64,000 nucleotides of DNA from Microthyrium microscopicum (lineage: Eukaryota), in contig MU004241.1 in NCBI GenBank assembly GCA_010405405.1, positions 1,337,942-1,401,941 on the forward strand. Direction: 5' to 3'. The notes below the pieces were generated by a model. The model was given only the letters and a program-made list of their open reading frames with translations. It was not told where the DNA came from and did not search any database. Positions 1 through 14,700 of this stretch are shown here, one piece after another. The position numbers and the translations under genes are program-made. Each line of letters begins with the position of its first letter. Within the stretch, counting starts at the first letter, position 1.

Positions 1-376
1 TAATCTATAACCTATATATAATAATACTCGTCTTAACGAGCTCTATCTAATGGTGTTACTTATATTATTATAGCTAGCCTAATTAGGAAGTTATTTTAAA
101 AGTCATTTTAGTAAAATAATAATTGCTGCATCTTAATGGCTATTAGGGCTAGGGTAATATAAATTACATAATAATATAGCCCTAATCTAGGGCTACAAAA
201 TGGCATTTAAATTACACGCTAGGCCCTACTAGGAAGTAAAATAATAATAGAAACGTTTTTAATCTAATAATAGTAGACTTATAGAACCTGCCAGGACCTG
301 CCAGGACTTATAGAATTCCTTAGGACTATTAGGATATCTCCTCTTCCTAAGCTAAGCTTAACTTTTGCCAATATAA
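1..376. mobile_element. Right end of a RIP-degraded TIR DNA element, same family as 37674-38469; left part lies outside the window
   Basis: 1-376 aligns by eye with ~38104-38469 (e.g. tcttaacgagctctatctaat, tagggtaatataaatta). Similarity ends at aacttttgccaat, which matches the TIR of the complete copy. Confidence 0.65.
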
Positions 377-3300
377 TAGTAAACTAATTAAAGAACTAGT
401 TAATAAAAATAAGATAAGGTTTAAATACTTAGAAATAAAAGTAGTTTAATAGCTTTATAGAAGCATAGAATATAAATAAGTAAAAGAAGAACTAAAAAAG
501 TATAAAAAAGTATATACTAAGAGATTACTTATACTATTTTATTTAATAATAGTAATAAGAAATAAGATTATTTAGAAGAAGTTTATTATTAGAATAGAAA
601 AGCTCTTTACTAAATTATATAACCTAAAATATATTACTAAATAGTACTTTTACTACTAAGTCTAGGGCTATATATAAATAGCTTATACTTAGTATAAACT
701 AAACTATAGTAAATATATAAATAATTATAATATTAAAGACTATACTAAAATAAGCTTAGTCTAGTACTCTAATTATAAAGATAATAAAAGAGAAAAAAAA
801 GAAAAGAAAGAGTAAGACTAAAGATATTATATATAATAAAAAAATATATATAGAGTATACTAAACTTACTTTAAGAATATAAAAAGATTCTAAGTAGTAA
901 ATAAAAAATATATAGAATAAATAAGAACTACGTTATCTACTTAAACTATATTAATCTAGCTTATAAATAATAATAAATATATTATAGTAAATAGTATAAA
1001 GAAAAAAAAAGTAAAGACTAAGAACCTTAGAAAGCTATTAGTATTATAAAAAATAAAAAATAAGATATATAATAACCTAGTTTAAGATACTTAAAGATTA
1101 ATTATAAGTATATTTAACTTTAATAGAGATAATAATAGCTTATAAACTATAAGAAATAGTACCTTAGAAGAATAATAAAAAAATAACTATAGAAGAGTAA
1201 GATAAGCTATAAATAACCTTAGACTAATCTCTAATAATAAAATAAGTAAAATCTAAATAATAGACTTAGATAAATAGTATTAATATTATATAATATAACT
1301 ATAAAAGATTGAATAGAAGAAAAGTAAAGCTATTCTTTAATTTACTAAATAATATTAAGTAACTAATTATAGTAGTCTAAGACTTTAAAAAAATTATAAA
1401 GCTAAAGAAAATATACTACTTTTTTAGCTATACTTTAGTATATAACTAGAATAATTAATTAAGAGTATACTTTATAATAAGTAAAGCGTTTAATATAAAG
1501 AATTAATAAATAAAATATTATAACTAATTTATCTTAATACTACGCTTTTAATATAAGTATAAAATACTAATAATTATTAATATATATAATAAAGGCTTAG
1601 TAATAAGTAATTATAACTATATTACTAAATGCTTAATACTAATAAAAATAATTAATAAGGTAGAAAAAGAGATCCTATTAGTAGAAGATTTTAATTACTA
1701 CTACTATTAATAAGGAAATATAGTATTAGTTACTAAACCTTAAATAAATACTTTACTTTATAATATAATCTAGTAGAGACTTTACTTAAGTATACTAAAA
1801 AGAGAGCTAATTTATAAGTTATATAAGGAAAGAAAAGTAAGAATAATAAAGATAATAATTAACCTTATATTTATATATTAATTTCTTTAAAAAAGACTAG
1901 AGTTCTATAGCTTAATTAATACCTAGGTATTAATAAAAGATTATATCTTAATATTAATCTAGCTTACTCTAAGATAAAAAAAATATATATTAAAAGTATA
2001 ATATAATATATAAAAACTAGATATAAAATAATTTATTAAATATATAAATAATAGCTTATAAGATACTAAAGATATACTAATAAAGGCTCTATATAGAGTA
2101 ATAATAAAAGTACTAAAGATTTACTACTTAAAAGTAAAACTCTTAAAGTAAGCTTTATATAAATAGTTACTTATAACTACTTTACTAATATAAGAAAAGC
2201 GCTATATAAGAAGAAGATACTTCTAAATAAGAAATAACTAGGATAAGTATATATATAAATTAATTATAGTTTAGCTAAGGAAATCTTTACGTTAGAATAA
2301 AGTAGTATTTTAGTAGATCTTTATAAGGAAGATTATAAAGAATTATAAGTACTATAAGAATTAAGGCTTATAAAGAATAAGTAAATAAATAAGAGCTAAA
2401 GCTAGTAAACTAAAAGAAGACCTATATTTATTAGTATTTAGATAGATAACTAGTAATAACTATACTTATAATAATTAAAGTAAAGTAAATATACTATCTA
2501 TAAAGTTCTTTCTTTAAACTAGAGTAATAGACTTAAGTAATATAAATAATATTATTCTATCCTTAAAACTAGAAATAAACTATAAGATAATAATAGAAAA
2601 AATAAATTATATAATTAGTAGCCTTTTAAATTATAAAGTAATAGGACCTATTAATATACTAAATAAGGTCTTAAAGGCTCTTAGGCTTAAGGCGTAGCTT
2701 AAAAAGAAGGGTAATAATCTAAAACTAATAGAATTTAGTAAAAGACTAGTATTTATAATTAATAGAATACTAATAAGTAATATAATTCTAAAATACTTAA
2801 AGTAATCCTATATACTAGTACTAAAAAAGCTAAGTAAGAAAAACTACTTATTACTATTAGCCTACTAGCTAATTATTTTTAAGAATACTATAATAAAGTT
2901 AATTAAAAAGATTATTACTAATAAACTTACCTAACTTATAAAAAATAATAATCTACTACTTTAGAACTAGATAAAGGCTAAAGTAGAGTAATTAATACTA
3001 ATAGTAGTATAGCTCTTAAGGAATACTATTAAAGTAGTATAGAAAAGAAATATAAAAGCTATAGTATTAGTACTTAGCCTTAACCTTTAAGAAGTATATA
3101 ATAATATTAATTTAAGAAGACTTCTTTATATTTTAAAAATAAAGGAAGTCCCTTAGTAGCTAATTAATATAATAGTAAGCTTTACTACTAATTATATAAC
3201 TTAAATTATATTTACTAGGTACTAAAGCCTAATAATAATAATTAATATAAGAATCTTCTAAGAATTCTTCCTCTTACTTATCCTCTTTCTTTTCTTTATA

Positions 3301-6300
3301 TTAAAACTACTAGAATACTTTTAAAATATAAGTAATAACGTCTTTAGATTTAGGTTTATAAATAATATTATATTAGTTATATAGAGTAATACTACCTAAG
3401 AAAACTATATAAGACTAAAAAAAGCCTACTAGAAGTATACTAACTAGATAAATAGATATAGTATAAAGTTTATCTTTAATAAGTATTAAGTAATATACTT
3501 TACTTAGAATATCTACTACCTAGAAGTAGACTTATAATTTATAGTAATAATAGATAATATATCTACTAAGCTTATACTAAAGAGTATTAAGGTACTAAGT
3601 ATATAAATAAATAGAAAAATAAACTAGAAAGACTATATTAAAAAGACTAAAACTAAAGGATTTAAGTAAGTAGTAGTATTTTTAAAAATAGCGTAGTTAA
3701 GATAAAAACTAGTCTTTAAAAAGATAAAGCTTCTCTATATAGTAGTTATTAAGCTAACCCTTATATATAAAGTATAAGTATAGGGTTTAAGATTACTATT
3801 CCTTAAGGCGCTAAAGAATTATTATAAACTACTAGTAGTAATTTAAAATAATATACTTTATAAAATAATAAAAAAGTACTAAAAAACTCCTATTACTTTA
3901 TTAAATAAAGAAATAGGAGTTAAACTACTTTAGATAAATACTATAATTTTAGTAGAAGAATATACTAATAAGAATAAAGACTTAATAATAATATAAAAGA
4001 TAAGTAAAATTATTATTAAAGTATACTAGGTAAACCTCCTAAGGAACTAAAGAATACCTCCCTAGTAGTAATAACTAAAAAGCTTAGTAATACTTAAACT
4101 AGTATAGATATATATAACTAAGGTTATAACTTAAGGAATTAATATACTAAAGTAATAAAAAAAAAAATTAGAGATAAAGTAAAAGTAAGATACTAACTAT
4201 AGGTAAGTAACGTAACTAATAAATAGTATATTACGAAAGAAGAAGAAGGTAAAAACTAAACTAGAGCTAGAAATATTCCTAATTAGGATATATTATTATA
4301 AGCTCTAGATAGATACTTAGATAAGACTTATAAAGACGTAGTAGTATACTACTATAGTATTACGAATCTACTACTATTAATCCTATTATAATATTATTAG
4401 TATCCCTTATTACGTAATGCTAAGGGCTTAGCGCCTAAGGATTATCTAGTATAGCTTACCTATAACTATTTTTTACCTTCTTTCTTAGATTCTTTATATT
4501 AGTTTTCTTAAATTATATCTATTATTAACTTATACCCTTATGCCTATAAGTTCCTAATATAAAACTAATACCTTATACTATTTAAAAAATAATCTTAATT
4601 TTTAATATATTAAAATCTAAAAATTTAATACGTCTACCTATATAAATATAAAATCCTATTTTTAGATTTTAGTAAATCTAACCTACTAGTATAATAAATA
4701 CGTAAATTCTTAACTCTTAACTTTACTAGAAGCTTAGACTCTTAGTATCTAATTAAAGGGCTTAAAGAACCCTAATTAACTTAAAATTTCTACTCTACTA
4801 AACTTATAAGTTAATAATCTTTCTTTACTACTATTACTTCTCTTTACTACTATACTTATAGTAAGACTTTACTTATTCTATTATACTATAATAAGCCTTA
4901 AAGATAAACTATAATAAATTAGACCTTCTACTCTTTTCTCTAAATTATCTATTATACTTTTATAATCTATCTATATTTTATCTTAAGACTTCTTAGTATC
5001 TACGTCTATTACTTATACTTACTCTATATTAAACCCTTATCTTACTATAAGAAATATTATTAAGACTTATAAAACCTATTCTACGTCCTATCTTTATAAG
5101 TAATAGTAATTAAAGACCTAGAATACTACTTAATCTATAATTATACTACCTTATACTTAGACTAGAATTAATAGTAATAAAGATAATACTATAATAGAAC
5201 TACTTTATAACTAACCTTTATACTATAATTTCTTATACTCTTATTATAGCTCTATAGCTAAGGCACTTCTACTATCTAATATCTTAAAAATTACTAAGAG
5301 TAGCTATATTTATAGCTAATTATAATTCTAAAATAAAGGTAAAGAAAAGACATTCTTTACTAATCTTCTAATTGCTATTTTTTAACTAGTAAACTAAGCT
5401 TAGATTAAAGAATTACTATTAAACTACTAAATATCCTCTTATCTTATTACCTACTAATTAATTATTCTTAATAAGAAGAATTAAGTACTCTTAGTATAAC
5501 TTTTTTATAAAAAAATTATCTTCTAAGCCTAAAAAACTATCTTTTTAAATAATACTATTAAAAGTATTTTTCTAAACCCTATACTTATATATTATACTTA
5601 AAATAACTTATATTTAAAAGTTATTAAAACTTATAAAGAATTCCTTTATAGCGTTACTATATTACTAGAAATATAGTTTAAATAGCTATATAGTTATATT
5701 AAATTAGCCTAAGTAACTAATCTCTATACTTAAAAGACCTATACCTAACTAAATAATATAATAAATGCCTACTAATACTATAAATAAAATATTAAAGATA
5801 TAACTAATAAACTTAATAATACTATAGTTATAGCTAATAAAGTACGTATAAAAATAGATTAACTTTACTAATAACTTAACTATATAATTAAAACTAACTA
5901 TAAAGATAATAAACGCGTTTTTTATTTAGAGAACGCCTATAATATAAATTAATAAGAACTTAATAAAGTACTTAATAATATTAAATAACTACGTACTTCT
6001 TATATTAAGAAGTATAATAAAATTATAACTCTTTACCTTTAAAATAAAGATCTTAAGAACTAGCTTAGTTAGTTTATATATAAGTTTAAAAAGAATATCT
6101 ATTAACTTAATTCTAATAATAAATAAGTAATGCTTTTTCTTTATTAATAAGTTCCTTATATTTAAACTAATAGCCTAACCTTAGTAGTATCTAGATCCTT
6201 AGCTAGTAGTAAAAGTAAGAAACGTAAATAGAATAATTTAAGTAAATACTTTAGTTATAACCCTAAATAATATTCTATATAAAAGCTTTATATTAAAGAC

Positions 6301-9300
6301 TATCTTTATAATAAGTAAGCCTCTTTCTCTATAAAACTAAATACTACTATTTAAGTACGTAATAAAACTCTTAATATTACCCTTAGGTTTATTAAAGACT
6401 ATATATAATACAAATTACTAAACCTATACTTTAATATAATAAAGTTCTAAAAGAACCTAAATTAATATACCTAAAAGCGTAATACTTATAAAGACGCTAT
6501 TACCTAGTTATAAAATTCCTTAAATTAAATAAAAAAGACTAAGAAGCTTACTTTATATATTACTAAGTTTAATAATAAAATTATTAACGCTAGCTTTATA
6601 GAAGTAAATAAGATTACTTATCTTAAATATATAATCGTTAAGAAAATTATATAGTATCTATTCCTTTCTAAAGCTACTACTATTACTAAATATATTAACG
6701 AGTTATAAGTTATTAACTAAAACCTTAAACGCAAAACTAATAATAAGAATAAGCTATTTAATAATTAGAATAATAATAATAATAATTAGACTAATAACTA
6801 AATTAATTACGTACTATGCTATAAAGTTACTCTATACTAATATCTAATATAAAACTACTACTATACTTAATATAATAAATAAGGTTATAACTATAAAGAT
6901 AAGAACTTAAAGTATAAAAGTAAACTAGCTCTCTCTAATTTTAATATCTCTACTAAGCTTACTAGCATTTATCTATAGTAAAATAATACCTAACTATAAA
7001 ACCTAACCCTATAGTATAATTACTTATTAATATATAATAATTATTACTACTAAGACTAAAGAAACTAGATGCTCTTCTATAATGCTATACAAAGGAGCTA
7101 AATAAAATAGAAGCATATAATAAATAATAAAAACATTAAATAGAAGCTATTATTAACTATCTAAGTAACTCTAAAACTAAAAGCAACTCTATAGATATAG
7201 CTATTATATATATATTAATAACTTATATTCTTATTAACTAATTATTAAAATATTTTATTCTAAAGATAAGCTAATAGTAGAATACTACTAGTAATATTCT
7301 TATTAATAATAATACGTATACTAAAACAAAAGTCCTAATTAATATAAGTAATAGTACTTTTAGTATTATTAATCCTTATTACCTCTAAATTTATAACATT
7401 CTATTAATAGAAATAACCTAACCTTACTATACTAAAATAGCTAATAGCTACGCTATTATAAAGATAACCTATATAGTAGCTATTATATTATATATTAGTA
7501 TTTACTTTAAATAGATTCTTTACTTTATAATAAAAGTTACTAACTATAATATAATCCTTAGTAACCTATAAATAAATAAGTATAAAGTTATACTTTAAGG
7601 AAGCTAATATATATTAGGCTTCTACTCTAAGTATTATATAAAATACTATATAGCTTCCTATTACCTAATAACTATTAACTATAAGAGTTAAGTAGTTATA
7701 GATAAATAATAAAAAGGAATCTCTAATATCTATATAATATTACTATAAGTCTTTATAGCTATAATATAATATAAAGATTACTACTTTATAGCCTTTTACT
7801 AAAAAGACTTTAACGCCTTAAAAAAGAAAGAAGACCCTAACTTTATTTCTTAGTAAAACGTTACTAATATTACTATAATCTCTACTAAAAACTATACTAA
7901 ATAGCGTAAGAAGCTTAACTATAACTTACTAATAAAAAAGGAATTACTAAAGCTAATACTACTAGAGTTCTATTACTACGTCCCCTTATTTAATCCTTAC
8001 TAAGCTAATAAGCTACTACTATACTAACTAAGCTTTAACTATACTATTATTACTAACCTAAATATAAAAGTACTTATATATAAATTTTATAGCATATTTT
8101 ATTAATAAGTATAAGTTATTAAGAAATATATTAAGAATATACTTAGAAAAAGCTTTATCTAACTAAGTACTTCTTATTATACTATACCTATATTATATAT
8201 TAATAAACTAAATAGTAGTATTTATATCTACGTTAACTACTATAAACTTAATAAGATTATACTAACTAACTAAAATATATCTCTACTCTTAATAGAAACT
8301 TTAACAAAGATCTATAAAATAAAATTCTTTTTATAATTTAACGTTATTACTACCTTTAATAATATCTAAATTTATAAAAGAAATAAGTATAAAACTATAT
8401 TCTTAATACGTTATAAACTCTTTAAAACCTTAGTAATATTATTTAGTATAATAAAATTACTAAAAAGCTTTTAATTTTATATTAATAGCGTAGTATATAA
8501 ATACTTTAATAACTTTATTATAATCTACTTTAATAACGTTCTTATTTAAAATAAGACTAAAGAAAAGCATATTACCTCTATCTACCTAATTTTTAATAAA
8601 CTTAAAAAAGCTAAACTCTATCTAGATATTTCTAAATCTAAGTTTATAACCTAATTAGTTAAATATCTTAGTATTATTATTATACCTAATAAGATATAAT
8701 AGATAAGAAGAAGATTAACGCTATACTTAACTAGTACTACTCTACTTCTTTAAAAAACGTTTAAATATTCCTTAGCTTTATAAACTTCTATTACTATTTT
8801 ATTAAAAAATACTTAAAAATTATTATACTACTTACTATACTAATTAAGAAAAACGCTTCCTTATACTTCCTATAGAGTAAAACTAGACTTAAAGAATAAG
8901 CTTTTAATACCTTAAAAAAAACCTTTACTACTACCTTAATTCTTTATTACTTTAACTCTAATACTAAGACTTAAGTTAAAACTAATACCTTAAACTAGGT
9001 AGTAATAACTATTCTCTCTTAAAAAAACGTAAATAGTAAGCTTTATTTAGTAGCTTTCCTTTCTAAAAAGATAATCTTAGTAAAGTATAATTATAATATC
9101 TATAATAAAAAGCTATTTATAATTATATAAGTATTTAAGAAATAGAAACTTAAATTATTTTTAACCTTTAACCCTATATAAGTTTTTACTAACTATCTTA
9201 ACTTATATACTTTTATATTAACTAAAAAGCTATCTTACTATTAAGCTTAATAGGTAAAGTTTCTCTCTTAATTCTAGTTTAAAATTAAGTATTATAATAA

Positions 9301-11768
9301 TTCTTCTAATATAAAAGTAAATATATTAACTTAAAAATTATAAAATCTTTTAAAATCTAATAATAATCTATAAATTACTTAATAAATATAATTAATTCTT
9401 TCTCCTTATAACTTTAATACTTACTACGAAATCTCTTACTTTTATAATACTTAATATACTATTAAAATTACTATCCTTCTTATTAATAGTAAATAACCTA
9501 TAATAATTAAACTTACTATAATTATTACTAATAAAGTTAATACGCTAACTATAAAAGACAAGCTAATTAATTAACTAACTATAGAGGATTCTATCTTAAT
9601 TCTAAGCAAGCTAATTAATTACTCTAGAATAAATAGTATATTAGTTAACCTAAAGATATTATAAAAAGATATTATTAAGGCTAGCTAATTAAATAAGCTT
9701 ATCTAAGTAATTTATAACTCTAAAGCTATATAGTTATGTTACCTACTATATAATACCCTAGAAAAAGACCTAATTAAACTTAGTAATTACTAAGTACTTA
9801 CTAATAATACTATTTAGTATAAATAATAACTTCTTATCTTTATAAGACGTCTCTAATATTATGTTATTAAATATATATATAATTATAAAGTAATAAATTA
9901 TAGTAATATAGCTTTTATATACTAGCGCCTCTATTAATTTTACTATTAGCCTTATATAACTAAAAACGTAAAGTACTATATAAAAGTATATAAGTACGTA
10001 TTTTCTAAGCTAGTTAAATAAAAGAAGTAAAGTCTTTTCTAGTTATTTCTACTACTTAACTACGCCTAGTCTAATATCTTTATTAACTTTATAGTTACTT
10101 TACTACTCTATATTTACCTTAGAACTATCTATTATTATATTATAGTTATTATAAATAAGTTAATATATACCTAATAATTTATATCTCTTCCTAACTTAAA
10201 TATATAAATAATAGTTCTTACGTTCTTTAACTAAATCTAAAAATATACTAAATAACCTAACTCTATCCTTTTTAACTATAGTTTATAATTTATATTTATA
10301 TTCTAATAACGTTTCTATAAACGTATTAGTATTATTATCTACCTAACTATTACTTAATATCTATAAAGTAATAGTATTATAAAAATATTAATTATAGTAC
10401 TAAAAGCTTACTTTAGATACTTTATTAACTAGTAATAGAACGACTAAATAAGACTACTATTATTTACTAAGTTTAAAGCTAACTATACTATCTACGCCTC
10501 TATTAAAATAAGTCTCTTCTACGTACTTAATAATTATCTTCCTTAATTAGAATTAGAACTAATGCCTCTAAAAACCTACTTAAGAACTAAGCTAACCTAA
10601 ACTAAATAATAACTTACTAACTAATATCTTTATACCTATACTAACCTTTATAAGTATCTTTAGGAATAAATCTTATAATCTACTACCTTTATAAAAGAGT
10701 AAGCTAATAAGACTTATTAACTAGTACTAAACCTTAAACTAAGTAATTAAGTACGCCTTAACGCTTACTATTATAAATCTCTCTAACTATTAAAATCTCT
10801 TAATAATAAATTTATAAAACTCTTTAAGATTATTAAGAAGATTAATACCCTTACCTATAAGCTAGAACTACTAAAAAAGATAAAGATTTACTTTATTTTT
10901 TATACTTAACTACTCTACTTTATTTTTAAATATACTACTATACTTTAAGAACTAGATAACTCCTCTATAATTATAAATATAAATAATAATATAGAGTAAG
11001 AGTAGGTAGTTAACTACGTTATTAATAATAAAATAAGTATTATAAAAAACTTTAGTAAGAAGAAGATTTTATAGTATAAAGTCTAGTTTATAGAATAGGA
11101 TAACTAAAACTATAACCTTAATTAGTAACTATAGTTAAATCTTAACTCCTATCTAGAACTTATTACTAAGTATTATAACTAGAATCTTAATAAACTAAAG
11201 CTATATTCTATATTTATAAATCCTTAAAAAAAAAAAGAGAAGAAGTACGATTTAGATAGACTTTCTCTAAAATAGTAAAAAATACTACTATATATACTTT
11301 AATACTTAGTTTATAAATTAGAGTATTCTAAAAACATCTTAAGATTTATTAACGCCTCTTAATAGTTATTTTAGTAAGCTAGAGGGCGGTATAAGGAATA
11401 GATATATATAGTAATTATATATAAAGAAAGAATATTATCTTTACTTTTTATATTTTATATTTTATACTCTAAAAGCGTTAGAATTATAGAATTATATAAC
11501 TTAATTATAGATCTTATTCTTTTATAAGTTTTTAGCTTAGGAGTACTAATCTTAGAAAAAAGAATATTATTATAAATCTACTACTATTAATCTTATTATA
11601 ATATTATTAGTATCCCTTATTACGTAATACTAAAAGCTTAACGCCTAAGAATTATCTAGCGTAGCTTATTTATAACTATTTCCTACCCTTTTTCTTAGAT
11701 TCTTTATATTAATTTTCTTAAATTATATCTACTATTAGCTTACATCCTTACACCTATAGGTTCCTAAT

Positions 11769-14700
11769 TATAAGGAGCTAATAGGTACAATTAGGCAAGT
11801 AGAAAGTAGCTAGTATTATAGGATCTAAGTATAGAGAGAAGAGATCTAGAGATATAGCTATAAATATAAAGAAGTAGAGGCCTAGGATATCCTTAGATAT
11901 ACTAACTCTAAATAGGATAAAGAGATCTTATTTATAGGATTAAATCTTAGTATCTAAATACTACAATACTAAACTTATAAGGATTCCTTACATAACTTCC
12001 TCCCTTAAAAATAGACCTTATAAGCTATATCCTAATCTAATCTATTCTAGTCTAGTCTAGTCTAGTCTAGGCTAGGCTAGGCTAGTCTATATAAATACAA
12101 ACTTCTTTATATATATTACTACTAAGGGATATAATAATATACTATCTACTTACCTTAGTATTATCTAAATCTATTTAATAAAGAAGAGGATATCTATTTA
12201 AGCTAGTTTATAGTATTCTATAATTCCTTTAGTAGCGTAAATTAAAAACTAAACTAAGAGTATAATGCTATTTAATAAAATAAATAAATACAACACTTTT
12301 TATACTATATAATCCTAATCTATAGGTAGTTTATTAGCATTATAATCTTCTTCTTTAATTTAATTTACTAGTAGAGACTAAGATAAATATAGACTAGGCT
12401 TCTAAGAATAAAGCCTATAGAACTCTAATATAGTATTAGGCACATTAATAGCATTCTTCTAGGGCTACTAAGTTTTATTATAAAATCCTATCTATTTAAT
12501 TTTATATTTAAGTACCTTATTCTTACCTCTACTATTCTATTTACTATTAATAATTATATTAATAAGCTATTCTTCTTTATCCTCTTTCTTACTAATAACT
12601 ACTAAGAAAGGATTTAACTCTTATAATAGGTATGCGTTATTATTAATTAGATATAATAACTAGGCATAAAATACTAAGTATATCTTTATTAATTTAAGAA
12701 GATCTAATTTATATATTACTTTATTAATCTTATATAATACTTTAAAAGGACTAGCGCTCTTACTATTAAGTATCTTTAAAGGATAAGTTATATTATAATT
12801 TTAAATGTTAAGTTATACCTAGTTTTCTAAATAGAGATCTAGTACTAGACGTTAATATTTATTAGCGTAGAGCTTTTATTAAGCTTAAGCCTAAACTAAT
12901 TGCTCCTTTAGGAACTTATAAAGCTTCTTACAACTATTTTAAATTTAATTAATAGTAATAACTTCCTTACGCGCTATAATAAAAGTATAGGACGCTTTTA
13001 GTAGTAGGCAATAAACGAATTTAAGTCTTAATTTTAGTAGGAAACTATTTTATACCTTAAAAAGTATAAACCTAGTAGTAGTACTTATAGTAGAATTTAT
13101 TATAAACTTAGTAAATAGTAATAAGGCTACCTAATTATCCTAATCTTAATTAATAAAGGATCTAAGATACTATTTTAAAGTAGTAATAGTTATTTTAATA
13201 ATACTATTAGATTCTAGATACTATATAGTGCTTAATCTTAGTATAACGCCTATATATTTATATAAGTAACCCTAAAAGGTAGATATAAACTAAGTTCCTT
13301 AATCTAAGAGGATTAAGTCTAGCTAACTATATAACTTCTATACTTAATTAATAAATACTATAACTATTATTTCTACTAAAAAACTTAGGAGGGTAATAAA
13401 TTATTATAATTATATTAAATAATTAATAATAACTATAATATACTAGTAAACTATACCTTAGTATATATAACGTAGTAGTAAGATAGTAAAGTCTATAGAG
13501 ATGTTAGACTAAGCTTAATTTAGTAAAGGGAATAAATAAAGGAGCTTTTACTTCTTTTAGCGTACTAGTTTTGTAAAGATATAGTAATAACCTTTAATAT
13601 ATTTTTTAACGTATTCTAATATTCTTAGCTATTAATAATCTTATTAGAGGTAGTAGTAGGTTATTATAGTTCCTCTATAACCTATAACTTTATATTAATA
13701 TACTTATTTTATTACTTTATTCTATAAATATATTATTAGTATAAATAACTTTTATTAATAGAGGATAGTACTATTTAGTAGAGCCTTATAATCTATTAAT
13801 TTAATTTAATCTTAATCTAGTATACTAAAAGGTAAGAAGTAGTTTTTCTATACTTTTGCTAATTAAATCATAATAAGTAACTTATCTCCTTTACTTGCCT
13901 TTATTACTTCTTATATAAATTACTCTAGGTTAAAATCTAGGGATTTAGTATTAACTAGTAGTAAATTATCTAAACTAGCTAGAGCTCTATTCTAAGAGCT
14001 TTCTATAATAGATTCTAAATTAGACTTCCTTACTATAGTAATATTTAGCTTATCTAATATAAGCATAGCTATCTATATAAAAGATAAAGTAATAGAGTTA
14101 ATAAAGATTATAGCTAGTATAATAGCTTGTTTAGTACTAAATTAATATAGAAATAAGAGCAATTAATACTATTACTTAACTTATAGGTCTTTATTACTTT
14201 AAGATACGTTCTATAATCTTTAGGTTAAAGTATTAGCTTTACTATTATCTTTACTAGGGCGATACTTAATTAAGAAGTAAAACTATAATAAGAATTTAGC
14301 CTAGCGTATTTAATAATATATAAGCTTTTTAGTCTTTATAAAGATTTAAAGATTTTAATAATCTAAGAATACCTTTATAATATCTTTAGTACTAAATAAC
14401 TTAGGCTTCTATTCCTTAAAAGCGTAGATAATAGTAAGTAATTCCTTATTATAAATATTATAATTATATTTTGCTAGTAATATCTTTTTAGAGAAAAAGG
14501 TAACTAGTCTTAAATTACTATTTATATCTTTTTATAATAATATAGTAGCATAAGCTTAATCTAATATATTTATCTCTATTTAAGTTTCCTTAGTATAGTT
14601 AAAGTATTAAAGTATTAGTACGCTAGTAAAGTCTACTTTTAGCTTCTTAAAAGCTTATTCTTTAGGCCTATTAAGATTCTAGAGAAATATAACTAAAGTA

